Positions 37,601-45,991 of a stretch of 64,000 nt of DNA are shown here, piece after piece (within the stretch, counting starts at the first letter, position 1; each line of letters begins with the position of its first letter). The translations under genes and the position numbers were made by a program. The DNA comes from a virus (Duplodnaviria > Caudoviricetes). The stretch lies in the IMG/VR virus record IMGVR_UViG_3300035180_001680. One strand, written 5' to 3'. Under the pieces are notes generated by a model. That model searched no databases and had not been told where the DNA came from. It worked only from the letters and a program-made list of their open reading frames with translations.

Positions 37601-40341
37601 TAGGTGGTGCACACTTGTTCCTGGATGGGTATGAACATGCAATTGTTTTTAATGATTATACAACCGATGGTTTCTTAATATTTGATCCATTTATCGGATT
37701 GAGTACAAGTAAATTCACTCTTGCCTTTGAAAAAGGTGCTGCTTATACGTTTAGACCAAACATAGGTGGTTATTTCTTAAATGGTGAACAAACAGTTCAA
37801 AACATTGAAAATACTGTTGACAATATGCAATTGTATTATGATACGTTTAAAGTAAATGAAACTGCTGACTTTCTTGATTACGCTCGTGCTGCTTTAGGAT
37901 ACGAATCACCAGATTACCTTGACAATATCGGTATTAATTCAAAATCTAAATTTATATTTTGGAGAGGTATGATTCACAACAAAGGATCAATTAACGCAGT
38001 TAAAGCTTTTATTAATGCAAGATTGTTTGTTGACGCAAAAATCGACGATTTTTGGGCTTACAAAGTTGGTGAGTTTGGAAATCTAACAAGAAAATATTTT
38101 AATGACATTAACATTGAACCTGAAGATATTAAGAAAAATGAATTAAGGTTAGAATTCGCTTCTTCAAATATCGATCCAACCTTCATAACGATTACACCAA
38201 CAGATGATGTTCGTTGGGAATATTTTCCTGATCAGCGTTCTACGATAAATCCAACATTAGATTTTTATTTTAGTGCTGGTGTGATTGGTGTTATTACTGG
38301 AACATGCAATGGAAGTCCTGTTGACGTAATACTACCAAACAATGATGGTTATCAAGTTGTGAAATTTGATCCAGTTACAAAAATCTCTTCTGTTTTGGTA
38401 AGTGGCGTTTCTCAACTTAACAACAACCATATTACTATTACAAGTTCTGATAACTTTAATTATTCTGTTTATGTGTTTTCTGTTTCAAAACAAAAACACA
38501 ATCCAGCAAAGTTAATAGATAAACAATCCAAGGATGTGATATCGTCTATTATGATTTGGCATCCAGCTGTTGGATTCCATTATCAAGTTCCTATAAGTTT
38601 AATCGATATACAACGTGATAATGATCCAGCAACGTATAACAATACCATTTCATCTGGATTAACAGGAACTATGTATTATCAAGAAGAATTTGTTCCAAGA
38701 ACAAATTGGAATTCACAGGAAGTTGGAAAGATTTGGTTGCGAACTAGCTCATTTGGATATACACCATACTATGATCCAATAGTTTATCCTAACGTTAGTG
38801 ATAGAATTACAAACTGGGGCAAACCTACAGATTGGAGTTCTTTTGATGTCTTACAATGGACTGAATCTCCTGTAACTCCTGAAAATTGGGACGCGTATGT
38901 AATATCACAAGCATCTAATACAGAATTAGACCAGTATTCATTACCTTCTGGAACTCCGATGAAAGTAATTTATAGACGTGTCAATATTAACACAGATTCT
39001 ACTTTACCACCAACTTATTCAGATTATCAAAGAATAGACACAAATCCAAGAATTCAGGTTTTATATGATACTATTAGTAGTGTTTCAGTATTCCCAGTTC
39101 AATTTTTAGAACAAATTGATTTAAGGTTGGATCATAACATTGATAATGGTCAAGTTGTAAACGTTTATGTTAATGGAATATTAAAAACGACCACACACAC
39201 AACTTCTATAATAAGTACGATTTTAAATGAACCACCAACGAATCCTATGGACAAAGATTCGTATAAGGTTGGAACAATTCCGACTGGAGATTGGACACCA
39301 TTCGCAATTGGTGATATCGTTCAGTGGAATGAAACAACCTCGAGTTGGGATGTGTTAACCACTGGTGCTGAGTTTGATGCTCTTTCCAGTGTGGGTGCTT
39401 ATGTTACTTTTGATCCAACAACATTAAACGTTGGTGACACGATTACATTTGAATATCCTTTATTTAATGTTGATGTTTCAACTCTTCCGAACACGATGAT
39501 TGAATATACTTTATTTACACCATACACCAGTGTTAATACAATAGACAATCAAGGAAACATAGTAGACACAAAGTATTACTTCTGGGTTATGAATAAGAAC
39601 GTTAGACCAACGGCAACCACACTTTCATTATCTGAAATTAAATCCTTGTTGAAAGTTCCGTCAGTACCATATATGTTTATGTTGGGTATTGATGGAACAC
39701 TCCAACGTTTCAATAGTGTTGTAATCAGAGGAATTTCAAGATTTATTTCACAAAACGACAGATTTAAAGTTCGTTTCCAAACAGACGCATCTCTCCGTGA
39801 TGATAGTGATATTTCTTCCAGTCTAACAAAGAAAAATGTTCATACACAATGGGAATTGTTTAGACAAGAACAGAACGTTGTAATATCCAGAACGTTGTGG
39901 AATAAATTAACAGAGTCTGTCGTAGGATATAAGTTACATGACGATAATACTCCTGTTCCATCTTTGGATAGGGTTTTATATGATCAATTAAATGGTAGTG
40001 CAACGAGAATTGGTATGGGAGAAGGTCAAAGTTTTGTAGATAAAGATTTGGCTCTAAATACAATTATTAATGAAATTGAAAATCCAAATTATGATTTATC
40101 TCCTATTGACAAATCAGCATTTCTCGATACATACAGTTTCGATACACCAGAGAATATTTTGACTGCTATGGATTACATTTATAACACTTTTGCATACTCT
40201 GATACCAATAGAATATTTTTCTCATGTCTCCACGATGCAATGTCACTAAAAAGTGAATATGGAGACATATTTAAAACTTCAGCCATTGCGTTGCATGGAA
40301 TAAAAATATTAGAAACTTCAAAAGAGGCAATGAATGGCTAA
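31645..40341 (+). CDS. very large baseplate wedge/structural protein (~2900 aa)
   Basis: Late promoter, position after gp6, FNFAPPVDFDKLVNW and WRGMIHNKGS motifs, internal fibre-like modules. Confidence 0.75.
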   Translation: MTDNSDYKKPRTNLVELLPDTFRTDVNNSFLENGPNRYLTKSELTPTFGTIGKKSTRYSKSTRIPEPSVQRQAYQLQPLLNSTIATVNYLSSYADILTKASDLGVDPERLPLWGNTTQFNFAPPVDFDKLVNWGKYYWYDPAGSAPQYITIKNTCASAVARVNVLTSSIASYIAGGPAPGVSQSEFDTTVAQMQSELSRLQIIRDCACYNGRVGWDMTQWDDNSLNWWHINEFTAEPPTGPINTAPSSPPLYSLWFDTDAKQFKRWMGSSWVSYDNISELTVGSTVYTFNPFFWYDINDVDKINDSDPIGTPPRPKLRAWDGEKWVLFAPSDLSSGIFPWDSVESSLCVTQTDDWSAQNKWYHQADVPNISLAIRATMPIIEYNPNIELNQWSYTKYKWSYRGSYLQDWISVDSEPTLYEMGIKFKVLGISTSTISNPGTITVDGDHRSMLQPGNKIHVNEVPSSVFTLTIYQADTTHGPGSDGYDPETNTTKFLVVEDTAQVILGLTTDTTVDFVLTTTSLGDTWVSFFSQWALTETPTPVPVNLQTRPTVIPQLSFGPLPTAGYNTFVLPDLFLVGRDTIRVYVDGKRQYGTYIEGWSTNIPGEYISGNFTGANDPSYSNIAETAVVSSTGHSYPGTHGNTIQFFDPVSQFSNVSIETIPAALSDQYLSEIEVRTSTDANFYTTNFSSIFTTLIKYRLVEQIKTEQTQYPLFDIFNVDGTTTYTANNIFGFQEGSTYSVDPRVGRRIAVTNNGKEFGFEQQLLNTDTGAITCYKDSWAIETSNPAGLQSIWRRGIPESDSQYVPKQRNEYQLAYGDSYVDSNGVKRIAGIDTPLGPTDWEIPSQMMFNIHHENRKVVLFSEIYTHFTSIINAQTPPVEFSSATSDFYRLLNIPNFGVGGTIKEFNDSYDTFLSAMFQTSTNPRAIIDFARSRYDYNLTLLQEYFLQNAILLLTNMSDPFYQDINKAISDYVITLFEQNEFLDNSFGDSTTHNTLTGLGIKNWITTLPYLKLSRPVVPAILFDVDLGIKQVLHHDGHISNISVPSSTSKSIYTKLLQSTNGVQGPITTRPVWPTVQKGQYWMDTGGVLYRFNVISTSGGAPSIFNPVGTYWLDGTSGLLYVRTNSVPLGWEIVKDKNGHITPGYIEPAWKPIVLEEIIANVIYQAELKLYEAVPDFDSTVFDFSTLLSSTSEQDVFVTYLKEQYFDYIQQTNSNPSVNNFDISNPFTWNYNSISPSYIPAVKVGSPTIWDASYQGIYEKNFGTQYPHLLPWKLQGYYNKPTWWDSQYKDTSGLRRWTNSMWNNIKNGIIPVGALLPDNITVGTGLVESPTQAPVYNFMCVDTSTDTLLAPYVQGNTNTFLNSVSIINQYIPSFSDPFSFGQQGVTEYTWRNSSYFLYGLLHIAFRMQPVRFLHDVFGPTFINVAGLQIDNRTKKVYSHKDAIFHGDLNSADQNIVLNGLNQWYVNFIRFNNLDINTSDFKEKWINWNANLTYQTGSFINSKSLDVAADYFSIIPQDYQVLIKKTPDMKNFWVDALLVTTESVGTDWTLNHNNKVPKYYGSDWVFRLSTPSPIGHTINYYGIKSYPCSFNTINDVGSTIGAIVLPWANVAGTPIPGEDILYVQDDTLTWFTGSPVQVTSAELYPTPLAPNTTYYIIKVADNQFKLASSYNNAVNGISIDITSPGSAVYIEELVGTFVALDGTQTSNIWKHIALDKRTTNTSLVPMYVTGVQSVINLIDGYSNWLMDQGWAFNEPEAVEVDIQTGKILNWQTEIERLIGRIYSGLGLVTIQGNPTSPGSISVLGNLIQGVGYSSGKYINIQTETITGTGSGATVNIVVQDNKVFSVNINKIGMQYNTGDTISVLGANFGGGDDIILTVLNVFPVSLNQPISGEVLHEVNPFRNNIWFKTPRGIISNIYSQSYSDVRVDSTVYDQFGDTLPSSSVFIFREDTKSRIRECFLCGSVYSQSGAVNSNQDAAINPYTTPHLGGAHLFLDGYEHAIVFNDYTTDGFLIFDPFIGLSTSKFTLAFEKGAAYTFRPNIGGYFLNGEQTVQNIENTVDNMQLYYDTFKVNETADFLDYARAALGYESPDYLDNIGINSKSKFIFWRGMIHNKGSINAVKAFINARLFVDAKIDDFWAYKVGEFGNLTRKYFNDINIEPEDIKKNELRLEFASSNIDPTFITITPTDDVRWEYFPDQRSTINPTLDFYFSAGVIGVITGTCNGSPVDVILPNNDGYQVVKFDPVTKISSVLVSGVSQLNNNHITITSSDNFNYSVYVFSVSKQKHNPAKLIDKQSKDVISSIMIWHPAVGFHYQVPISLIDIQRDNDPATYNNTISSGLTGTMYYQEEFVPRTNWNSQEVGKIWLRTSSFGYTPYYDPIVYPNVSDRITNWGKPTDWSSFDVLQWTESPVTPENWDAYVISQASNTELDQYSLPSGTPMKVIYRRVNINTDSTLPPTYSDYQRIDTNPRIQVLYDTISSVSVFPVQFLEQIDLRLDHNIDNGQVVNVYVNGILKTTTHTTSIISTILNEPPTNPMDKDSYKVGTIPTGDWTPFAIGDIVQWNETTSSWDVLTTGAEFDALSSVGAYVTFDPTTLNVGDTITFEYPLFNVDVSTLPNTMIEYTLFTPYTSVNTIDNQGNIVDTKYYFWVMNKNVRPTATTLSLSEIKSLLKVPSVPYMFMLGIDGTLQRFNSVVIRGISRFISQNDRFKVRFQTDASLRDDSDISSSLTKKNVHTQWELFRQEQNVVISRTLWNKLTESVVGYKLHDDNTPVPSLDRVLYDQLNGSATRIGMGEGQSFVDKDLALNTIINEIENPNYDLSPIDKSAFLDTYSFDTPENILTAMDYIYNTFAYSDTNRIFFSCLHDAMSLKSEYGDIFKTSAIALHGIKILETSKEAMNG

Positions 40342-42688
40342 CACTATCAGTAATCTTGATCCGATCCTCGCTCTTGTAAATTTTACACAAGATATTAAAC
40401 CATTCCATTCGAAACTTATTGAAGTTTTAGTCGAATACGTTTATTCTGAAAACATTAAAGTTTCTGTAACAGAACTGTTTGATATGAAAATTGACTCTGT
40501 ATACGATTTTAGTAATGTTGGGTGTATGGAAGGTTATGGAACTCAACCCTGGGGTGAAACGTATGTTCGGAAACTAAATTCTACAGTTGATATGAATCAG
40601 TGTTCTTTTGAACCAATTAATGAGCGCCCGGGGACATTGATAACAAGTTCTGGACAATCTATTTGTGTAATTAATATTGAATATCCTAACATTTTATATG
40701 TGGCTGGTGATCAAACATCTACCTTTCCCATTGGAACTAAATTTACAATTGCAAATACTTTTTCCAATGACGGAGAGTGGAGAGTAATAGAAATTCCTGT
40801 TACAACAACACAACCTCAACGAAACGAAAATCATATTTTAACCGAAATTCCTGTTACAAAATTAATTGTTGAATGTATCTCGGATAAAATAACTCTCCGA
40901 CTGTTTGCAGCATATTCTACGGATAGTGCTATCGGTGCTTCTCCGGTAAACCTTCGTTCTATGAAGAATGTTATGTATGTTACAGGTGATGTGTCCCAAT
41001 ATTTTTCAGTCGGAAATTCTTTTACAATTACTAACTCAAATAATCATCACAACGGTTCTTGGTTAATTAATAAAATATGTAATGATATAACCTTTTCAGA
41101 ATTAACAGTTCAACACGTAACTGATACCACAGCGGATGGTATAATTTATTCAAGTGTAATTCCAGATCCAACAGTCCACTGGGCAACCGGGACATTGTGG
41201 TATGCTCCTACACCAAATGAATTATCTGAATGGGATGGTAGTAATTGGATCTTGGTTACTCCACCAGTTGTAGCAAACACCCCTCCTGTATCCCCTGTAA
41301 TTGGAGAATACTGGTATAAAACGTCATCACAAACATTATTCCAATATTCTGTTAATTCTGTATGGATTACAATTGATAGTCAATATTTTGTATTAAGTGA
41401 AACCGTTCCAGTTAATGATCTTGATCCAATGTATAATCATCCTATTATTGATCCACTTTCACCGACATTTAACATAATAAACGTAGAATCTTTAACTCAA
41501 CCATTAATTCCATTCGTCGAAGGTTTCAATGGGAACACTGGGTGTTCGGTTGCGTCTACAGTGTTTGATTCATCTTTTCCAAGTGCAACATTTTCTGTTG
41601 CTGGACAACAGACGGCGAGTTTTAGTGTCGGTTCAACATTTATAATTAAAGATTCAACTGGAAACGATGGTGTGTGGAATGTTAGTTCTGTTCAATATAA
41701 ATTATTAACGAACACAACTGAAGTTACTGCACTTTTTGCCCAAATTTCTACAGTTGTTGATGCAACAAACGGGAATCCTTCAGAATTGTTTATGACTTGG
41801 GATCCGATATATGGATATGGTGTTGCTGGTTTAGATCTTAATATTCCGTTGATTAGTGGAGATGTTGAAATATTAAACGTTTCCAATTTTGATCTCCCAA
41901 ATGTTTGTTCGCGGATTCCATCAACGACAGCATTAACAAAAATCAAAGAAACCGTTGATTTTGAAATTGGATTCCCAACTCAATCTGTTCCTGTAGATAT
42001 TGTTTCGGTTACACTTCCTGTTGGTGAAAATCCTGGAACATTCGTGGTTGTTGATCCTTCTGGGCCAAACGACTTAACTCATTATTTCGTTCCAGGTTCT
42101 ATATTTATTATTGAAGGTTCTGGAAACAATGATGGAGAATGGACTGTTGCTCAATCAACATATGATCCAATTTCTACTCAAACTACTATTGTTCCCGTGG
42201 AGCCACTTCCTGGAATTCCTTCGCGTATAGAAGGGCAACCTCAAGAAATAGTATTACCGTATGGACAAATTGTGGAAGAGGTTGCTGTTTTCTCTGAAAG
42301 AATAAATGTAGATATAGACGAGAATGTAAATCCTGCTGGTTGGGGATACATGTATTATTCAGCACCAACAACTCCAATTATTGGAATTGATATAATCAAC
42401 AATACGGTTACTGTAAAAGGTGATTTAAGAAGAATGTTCAGTGTTGGTTCACAAGTTACTATTCAACAATCGGTTAATGATATTGGAGCTTGGAACTGGG
42501 TTGTAACTAACATTCAAGTGGATACTGTTAACTATGCATATACAACAATCACTCTTTCTGGTGGAACATTAATATCAACTTTACAAATGGGGACACTTTC
42601 TGGACAACCAACTTGGTTATCAGGACGTGGGTGGGGTCAAGGGTGGTCTTCGGAATTGGATCCTTGGTTAGTTGTTACGACTACGTAA
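40334..42688 (+). CDS. baseplate-associated structural protein with five internal beta-domain repeats
   Basis: KPFHSKLIEV N-terminus; repeated V-x-GD...F-x-VG-x-x-F-x-I...NDG-x-W units. Confidence 0.65.
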   Translation: MANTISNLDPILALVNFTQDIKPFHSKLIEVLVEYVYSENIKVSVTELFDMKIDSVYDFSNVGCMEGYGTQPWGETYVRKLNSTVDMNQCSFEPINERPGTLITSSGQSICVINIEYPNILYVAGDQTSTFPIGTKFTIANTFSNDGEWRVIEIPVTTTQPQRNENHILTEIPVTKLIVECISDKITLRLFAAYSTDSAIGASPVNLRSMKNVMYVTGDVSQYFSVGNSFTITNSNNHHNGSWLINKICNDITFSELTVQHVTDTTADGIIYSSVIPDPTVHWATGTLWYAPTPNELSEWDGSNWILVTPPVVANTPPVSPVIGEYWYKTSSQTLFQYSVNSVWITIDSQYFVLSETVPVNDLDPMYNHPIIDPLSPTFNIINVESLTQPLIPFVEGFNGNTGCSVASTVFDSSFPSATFSVAGQQTASFSVGSTFIIKDSTGNDGVWNVSSVQYKLLTNTTEVTALFAQISTVVDATNGNPSELFMTWDPIYGYGVAGLDLNIPLISGDVEILNVSNFDLPNVCSRIPSTTALTKIKETVDFEIGFPTQSVPVDIVSVTLPVGENPGTFVVVDPSGPNDLTHYFVPGSIFIIEGSGNNDGEWTVAQSTYDPISTQTTIVPVEPLPGIPSRIEGQPQEIVLPYGQIVEEVAVFSERINVDIDENVNPAGWGYMYYSAPTTPIIGIDIINNTVTVKGDLRRMFSVGSQVTIQQSVNDIGAWNWVVTNIQVDTVNYAYTTITLSGGTLISTLQMGTLSGQPTWLSGRGWGQGWSSELDPWLVVTTT

Positions 42689-42760
42689 ACGGGGAACAAA
42701 ACCCCTCCTAAATAAATATAAACATAACAATATAAATATTAATAATAAAAAGGAAAAACT

Positions 42761-43729
42761 ATGTATGTGCCTTTCAGACAAGGATTAGTTCGTTTGCAGG
42801 TTGATAGTAATTCAAACCCTGCGGCATTACAAAAAGTAAGTGGTGGACAATTTATCAATCTTGTAGTATCTCCCACTCCCACTATCATAAATTTTGCCTT
42901 TAATGATACAGATTATTTGTTTGAAGAAACAGTAACAGTGACACATGCATGGGGTCCTTTCACAGGTTCTAACGATCAATGGTTATATTGGGACATTGAT
43001 CCCGTAACTGCAGTTAGAACATTTGGATATACTTCACACGAACCGAAATACCTTTATTCAGCACCTACAAATCCTGCTACAAATCAACACTGGTTTGACT
43101 TGACAAACACATTAATGAATTACTGGAATGGATCCAGGTGGGTTCCTTGTATCCGGTGTTTTGCTGCAAAATATGATAATAGTTCAGTAATCATTCCATA
43201 CCTTCCAGGTTCACAAGCAGGTATAAATGTTGGAGTAAACTCTGGATTTATTTTGTTTGATGATGACGAAAAACCGATAAAAAAGTGGCAACGTGATAAT
43301 AAGGGTCAATACCTAACGACAGAATCACCAATCATCTCACATCTTTCGAGAGTTTCAAATGTTGTGTTGGAAGGTGCAACCGATTTATGCATTGCGAAAG
43401 AAGCAATTCCCCAGTGGTCTGTTGTTGCTTACCAAGATTATAACACTCTTGTTTTAGCATCTTACTTGGATCAAACCAAACCAGCGGCTGGGATTGTAAA
43501 GTGGAATATGAATATTGGTGATCAAGGAATAATTCATTCTGGCGGATATATAACAAACAATAATTGGAATTGGACGGTTCCAGCCTCTACTCCTTTATTT
43601 GTTGGAGCATCAGGACAAATTACAACTGTTGTTCCTCAAACAGGTTCAATACAACGAATAGGGATGGTGGTTGATTCTGATACAATTTATGTTAGTATCG
43701 AAGAACAAGTCATTCTTGATCAATCATAA
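42761..43729 (+). CDS. virion structural protein
   Basis: Late promoters at 42711 and 42731; HWFD/YWNG fibre-type motifs; C-terminal LFVGASGQI...QRIG. Confidence 0.6.
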   Translation: MYVPFRQGLVRLQVDSNSNPAALQKVSGGQFINLVVSPTPTIINFAFNDTDYLFEETVTVTHAWGPFTGSNDQWLYWDIDPVTAVRTFGYTSHEPKYLYSAPTNPATNQHWFDLTNTLMNYWNGSRWVPCIRCFAAKYDNSSVIIPYLPGSQAGINVGVNSGFILFDDDEKPIKKWQRDNKGQYLTTESPIISHLSRVSNVVLEGATDLCIAKEAIPQWSVVAYQDYNTLVLASYLDQTKPAAGIVKWNMNIGDQGIIHSGGYITNNNWNWTVPASTPLFVGASGQITTVVPQTGSIQRIGMVVDSDTIYVSIEEQVILDQS

Positions 43730-43742
43730 GGAGGAATTATAG

Positions 43743-45038
43743 ATGTCTAATTTGGTTCCATTATATATTGACAAGGACACAGGTAAGTGGGTTGCAAAAA
43801 GTAATCCGAGTAGTGGAGGTGGAAGTAGTGGAGGTGTTGATCCACTTGTGTGGACTGAAAACAACAACTTACGAACATTAACAGGGTTTATCGATAAAGG
43901 TGTGTTACAGTTAGTTCGGTCTGCGAGTTTTAATCCGAATAATTTACTAGAATTAGTTCTTGCAACTTTTTCACCGACACTGTCGGCTTCACCACTTCCA
44001 TCAACCTCACTTAATTGGGACGTTCCTGCTAATGGTTTTAATATTTCAGTTGCTAATCCGCCGGATTTTACAACAGAATATATTAGTTCTGTTAGAAGTA
44101 TTACAGCTACAACAGGTTCAATAAGTCCTTTGGAAAATTTTACAGCTGGGTCTATGCTCCCAACACCAAGCGGTGGAATAAGCTGGACACAACAATTTAC
44201 AACTCCACCATCTGGGTATATTCGTCCTATTTCTACTACAATTAACGGAGGCAGTGTTAACGGAGTTATTAGTTTTAATTACTCAACAGGTTCCGGAGAG
44301 CTACCGTTTACAGATAACGCTGCCCAAGTAAACATTACATGGGTAACACCAACCTTAACACTGTTGTTGGGAAATTTAACCGGTCAAACATTCTTATCAT
44401 CATATACTTCTACTCCATATACAATTACTGTTTCAGGTATAAATAATGTTGCTGCTGTATGTTCTAGTTCTGTTACTCCTGTTGGAGGAAATGTTAACAA
44501 TCCAACATCCAACGGAACGTTTACATTTACAGTTCCAATCACCAAAGACAACATTAGTATAACAAGAACTTTAACTTGTTTAACAACGTTTACAAGACCT
44601 GTATCAGTTACTGGGACATCCTATACAGCTCAACTGTCGTCGTCGGCATCTATTTTATCTGCAGCATTCACGTATCCATCTCTTTATTTGTGGACAGCAT
44701 CTGTTGCAGTTGTTCCAACAGTTAGTAATATCGTTAATGGAACAGGCTTCGCTGCTGGAGTAACACAGTTGGGAGATCAAGTAAAAGCACTTTCTGGGTA
44801 TATCATGAATAATGCAGTTGTTCCTCAAGCATTCTGGTTTGCAGTCAAAACTTCGGCAACTCAACCAACAACGTTTAAAACTGGTGCTTCACCATCATTA
44901 TTATCAGATGTCTCCGTTACAACAGGAAATTCTGTATCGTTACAACCAACCCCGCTACCTTCTGGTTATGTTCCTGTTAGCTACAATTTATATGGAATTA
45001 TTCTACAGCCTGGTAATACATATGTGAGTATATCATGA
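43743..45038 (+). CDS. S/T-rich structural protein
   Basis: AAGGAGG RBS; beta-rich composition within the late operon. Confidence 0.6.
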   Translation: MSNLVPLYIDKDTGKWVAKSNPSSGGGSSGGVDPLVWTENNNLRTLTGFIDKGVLQLVRSASFNPNNLLELVLATFSPTLSASPLPSTSLNWDVPANGFNISVANPPDFTTEYISSVRSITATTGSISPLENFTAGSMLPTPSGGISWTQQFTTPPSGYIRPISTTINGGSVNGVISFNYSTGSGELPFTDNAAQVNITWVTPTLTLLLGNLTGQTFLSSYTSTPYTITVSGINNVAAVCSSSVTPVGGNVNNPTSNGTFTFTVPITKDNISITRTLTCLTTFTRPVSVTGTSYTAQLSSSASILSAAFTYPSLYLWTASVAVVPTVSNIVNGTGFAAGVTQLGDQVKALSGYIMNNAVVPQAFWFAVKTSATQPTTFKTGASPSLLSDVSVTTGNSVSLQPTPLPSGYVPVSYNLYGIILQPGNTYVSIS

Positions 45039-45601
45039 GTGGAAATTATAACGGACTAACCAAAAATACATGGCCTGGAACTTGGGCACCAAACTCCAAT
45101 GCTCCTATTGCAATTGATACTGACCTTCGTGGAACTTTGCAAAGTATTTCAGGAACTGTTGGAGATTATTTAACAAACATTTCAGGTCAACGTTTAACAG
45201 AAGGTATGTTAGTATATCTTCAAAATGGATATACAGCTGGATCTTTTGTTCGCTCTGGAGATACGTATTATAAATATGTCAGTCAGACTGGAGAAGTAAG
45301 AGATTTCGCTACTGGTGCTTTACCAAATAGTGAAATTAATTGGATAGAAACAAATTTAGGAAGTGGTCAAATTATTTCCTTTCCAGCGTTTGGGTATGTT
45401 CATACACAAATATCTTCTGTGAACCAATGGGTAATTCAACACAATCAAAATACTACATCATTAATTTGTCAAATATACACAACAGCCAGGGAACACATCT
45501 TTCCTGACTCAACCATAATTGATGACGCAAACCAAATTACTGTAACATTTACAACCCCAATGAGTGGTTTCGCCCATTTAATATTGTTCAAACCAGCATA
45601 A
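45035..45601 (+). CDS. structural protein with C-terminal HNL domain
   Basis: YVHTQISSVNQWVIQHNQN...ITVTF. Confidence 0.6.
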   Translation: MSGNYNGLTKNTWPGTWAPNSNAPIAIDTDLRGTLQSISGTVGDYLTNISGQRLTEGMLVYLQNGYTAGSFVRSGDTYYKYVSQTGEVRDFATGALPNSEINWIETNLGSGQIISFPAFGYVHTQISSVNQWVIQHNQNTTSLICQIYTTAREHIFPDSTIIDDANQITVTFTTPMSGFAHLILFKPA

Positions 45602-45622
45602 ATAACATAAAAGGATATTAGA

Positions 45623-45862
45623 ATGCAATATAAAACGAGTGATATAGTTTTGGCTGCTTGCTTAAAAATTAATAGTTATGAACTTGATACTATTACAGTT
45701 GAAACTAATGGAAAAGGAACGTTTGTTTTTAATAACGTCAGTGATGATTTTTTACAAAATTTTGATTTTGGAAAGATTTTAGTTGAACCAATCACATTCA
45801 ACAATACAATTAAACAATTAACGACATCAGTGCGTAGATTAAATAAGAGTTCCACAGAATAA
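45623..45862 (+). CDS. small conserved phage protein (DUF5659-like)
   Basis: YKTSDIVLAACL...FVF; CATAAATA at 45597. Confidence 0.55.
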   Translation: MQYKTSDIVLAACLKINSYELDTITVETNGKGTFVFNNVSDDFLQNFDFGKILVEPITFNNTIKQLTTSVRRLNKSSTE

Positions 45863-45991
45863 CGTAGGGAATCAACGAAGTTTTTGAATGTAACTTTATA
45901 ACCATAAATATAAACATGATAGAAATATCTTTTGGTATGTTTTTGCAAAAACACACAGGTTTAAACAACAAAAAATTTTCAGGAGAATAAA

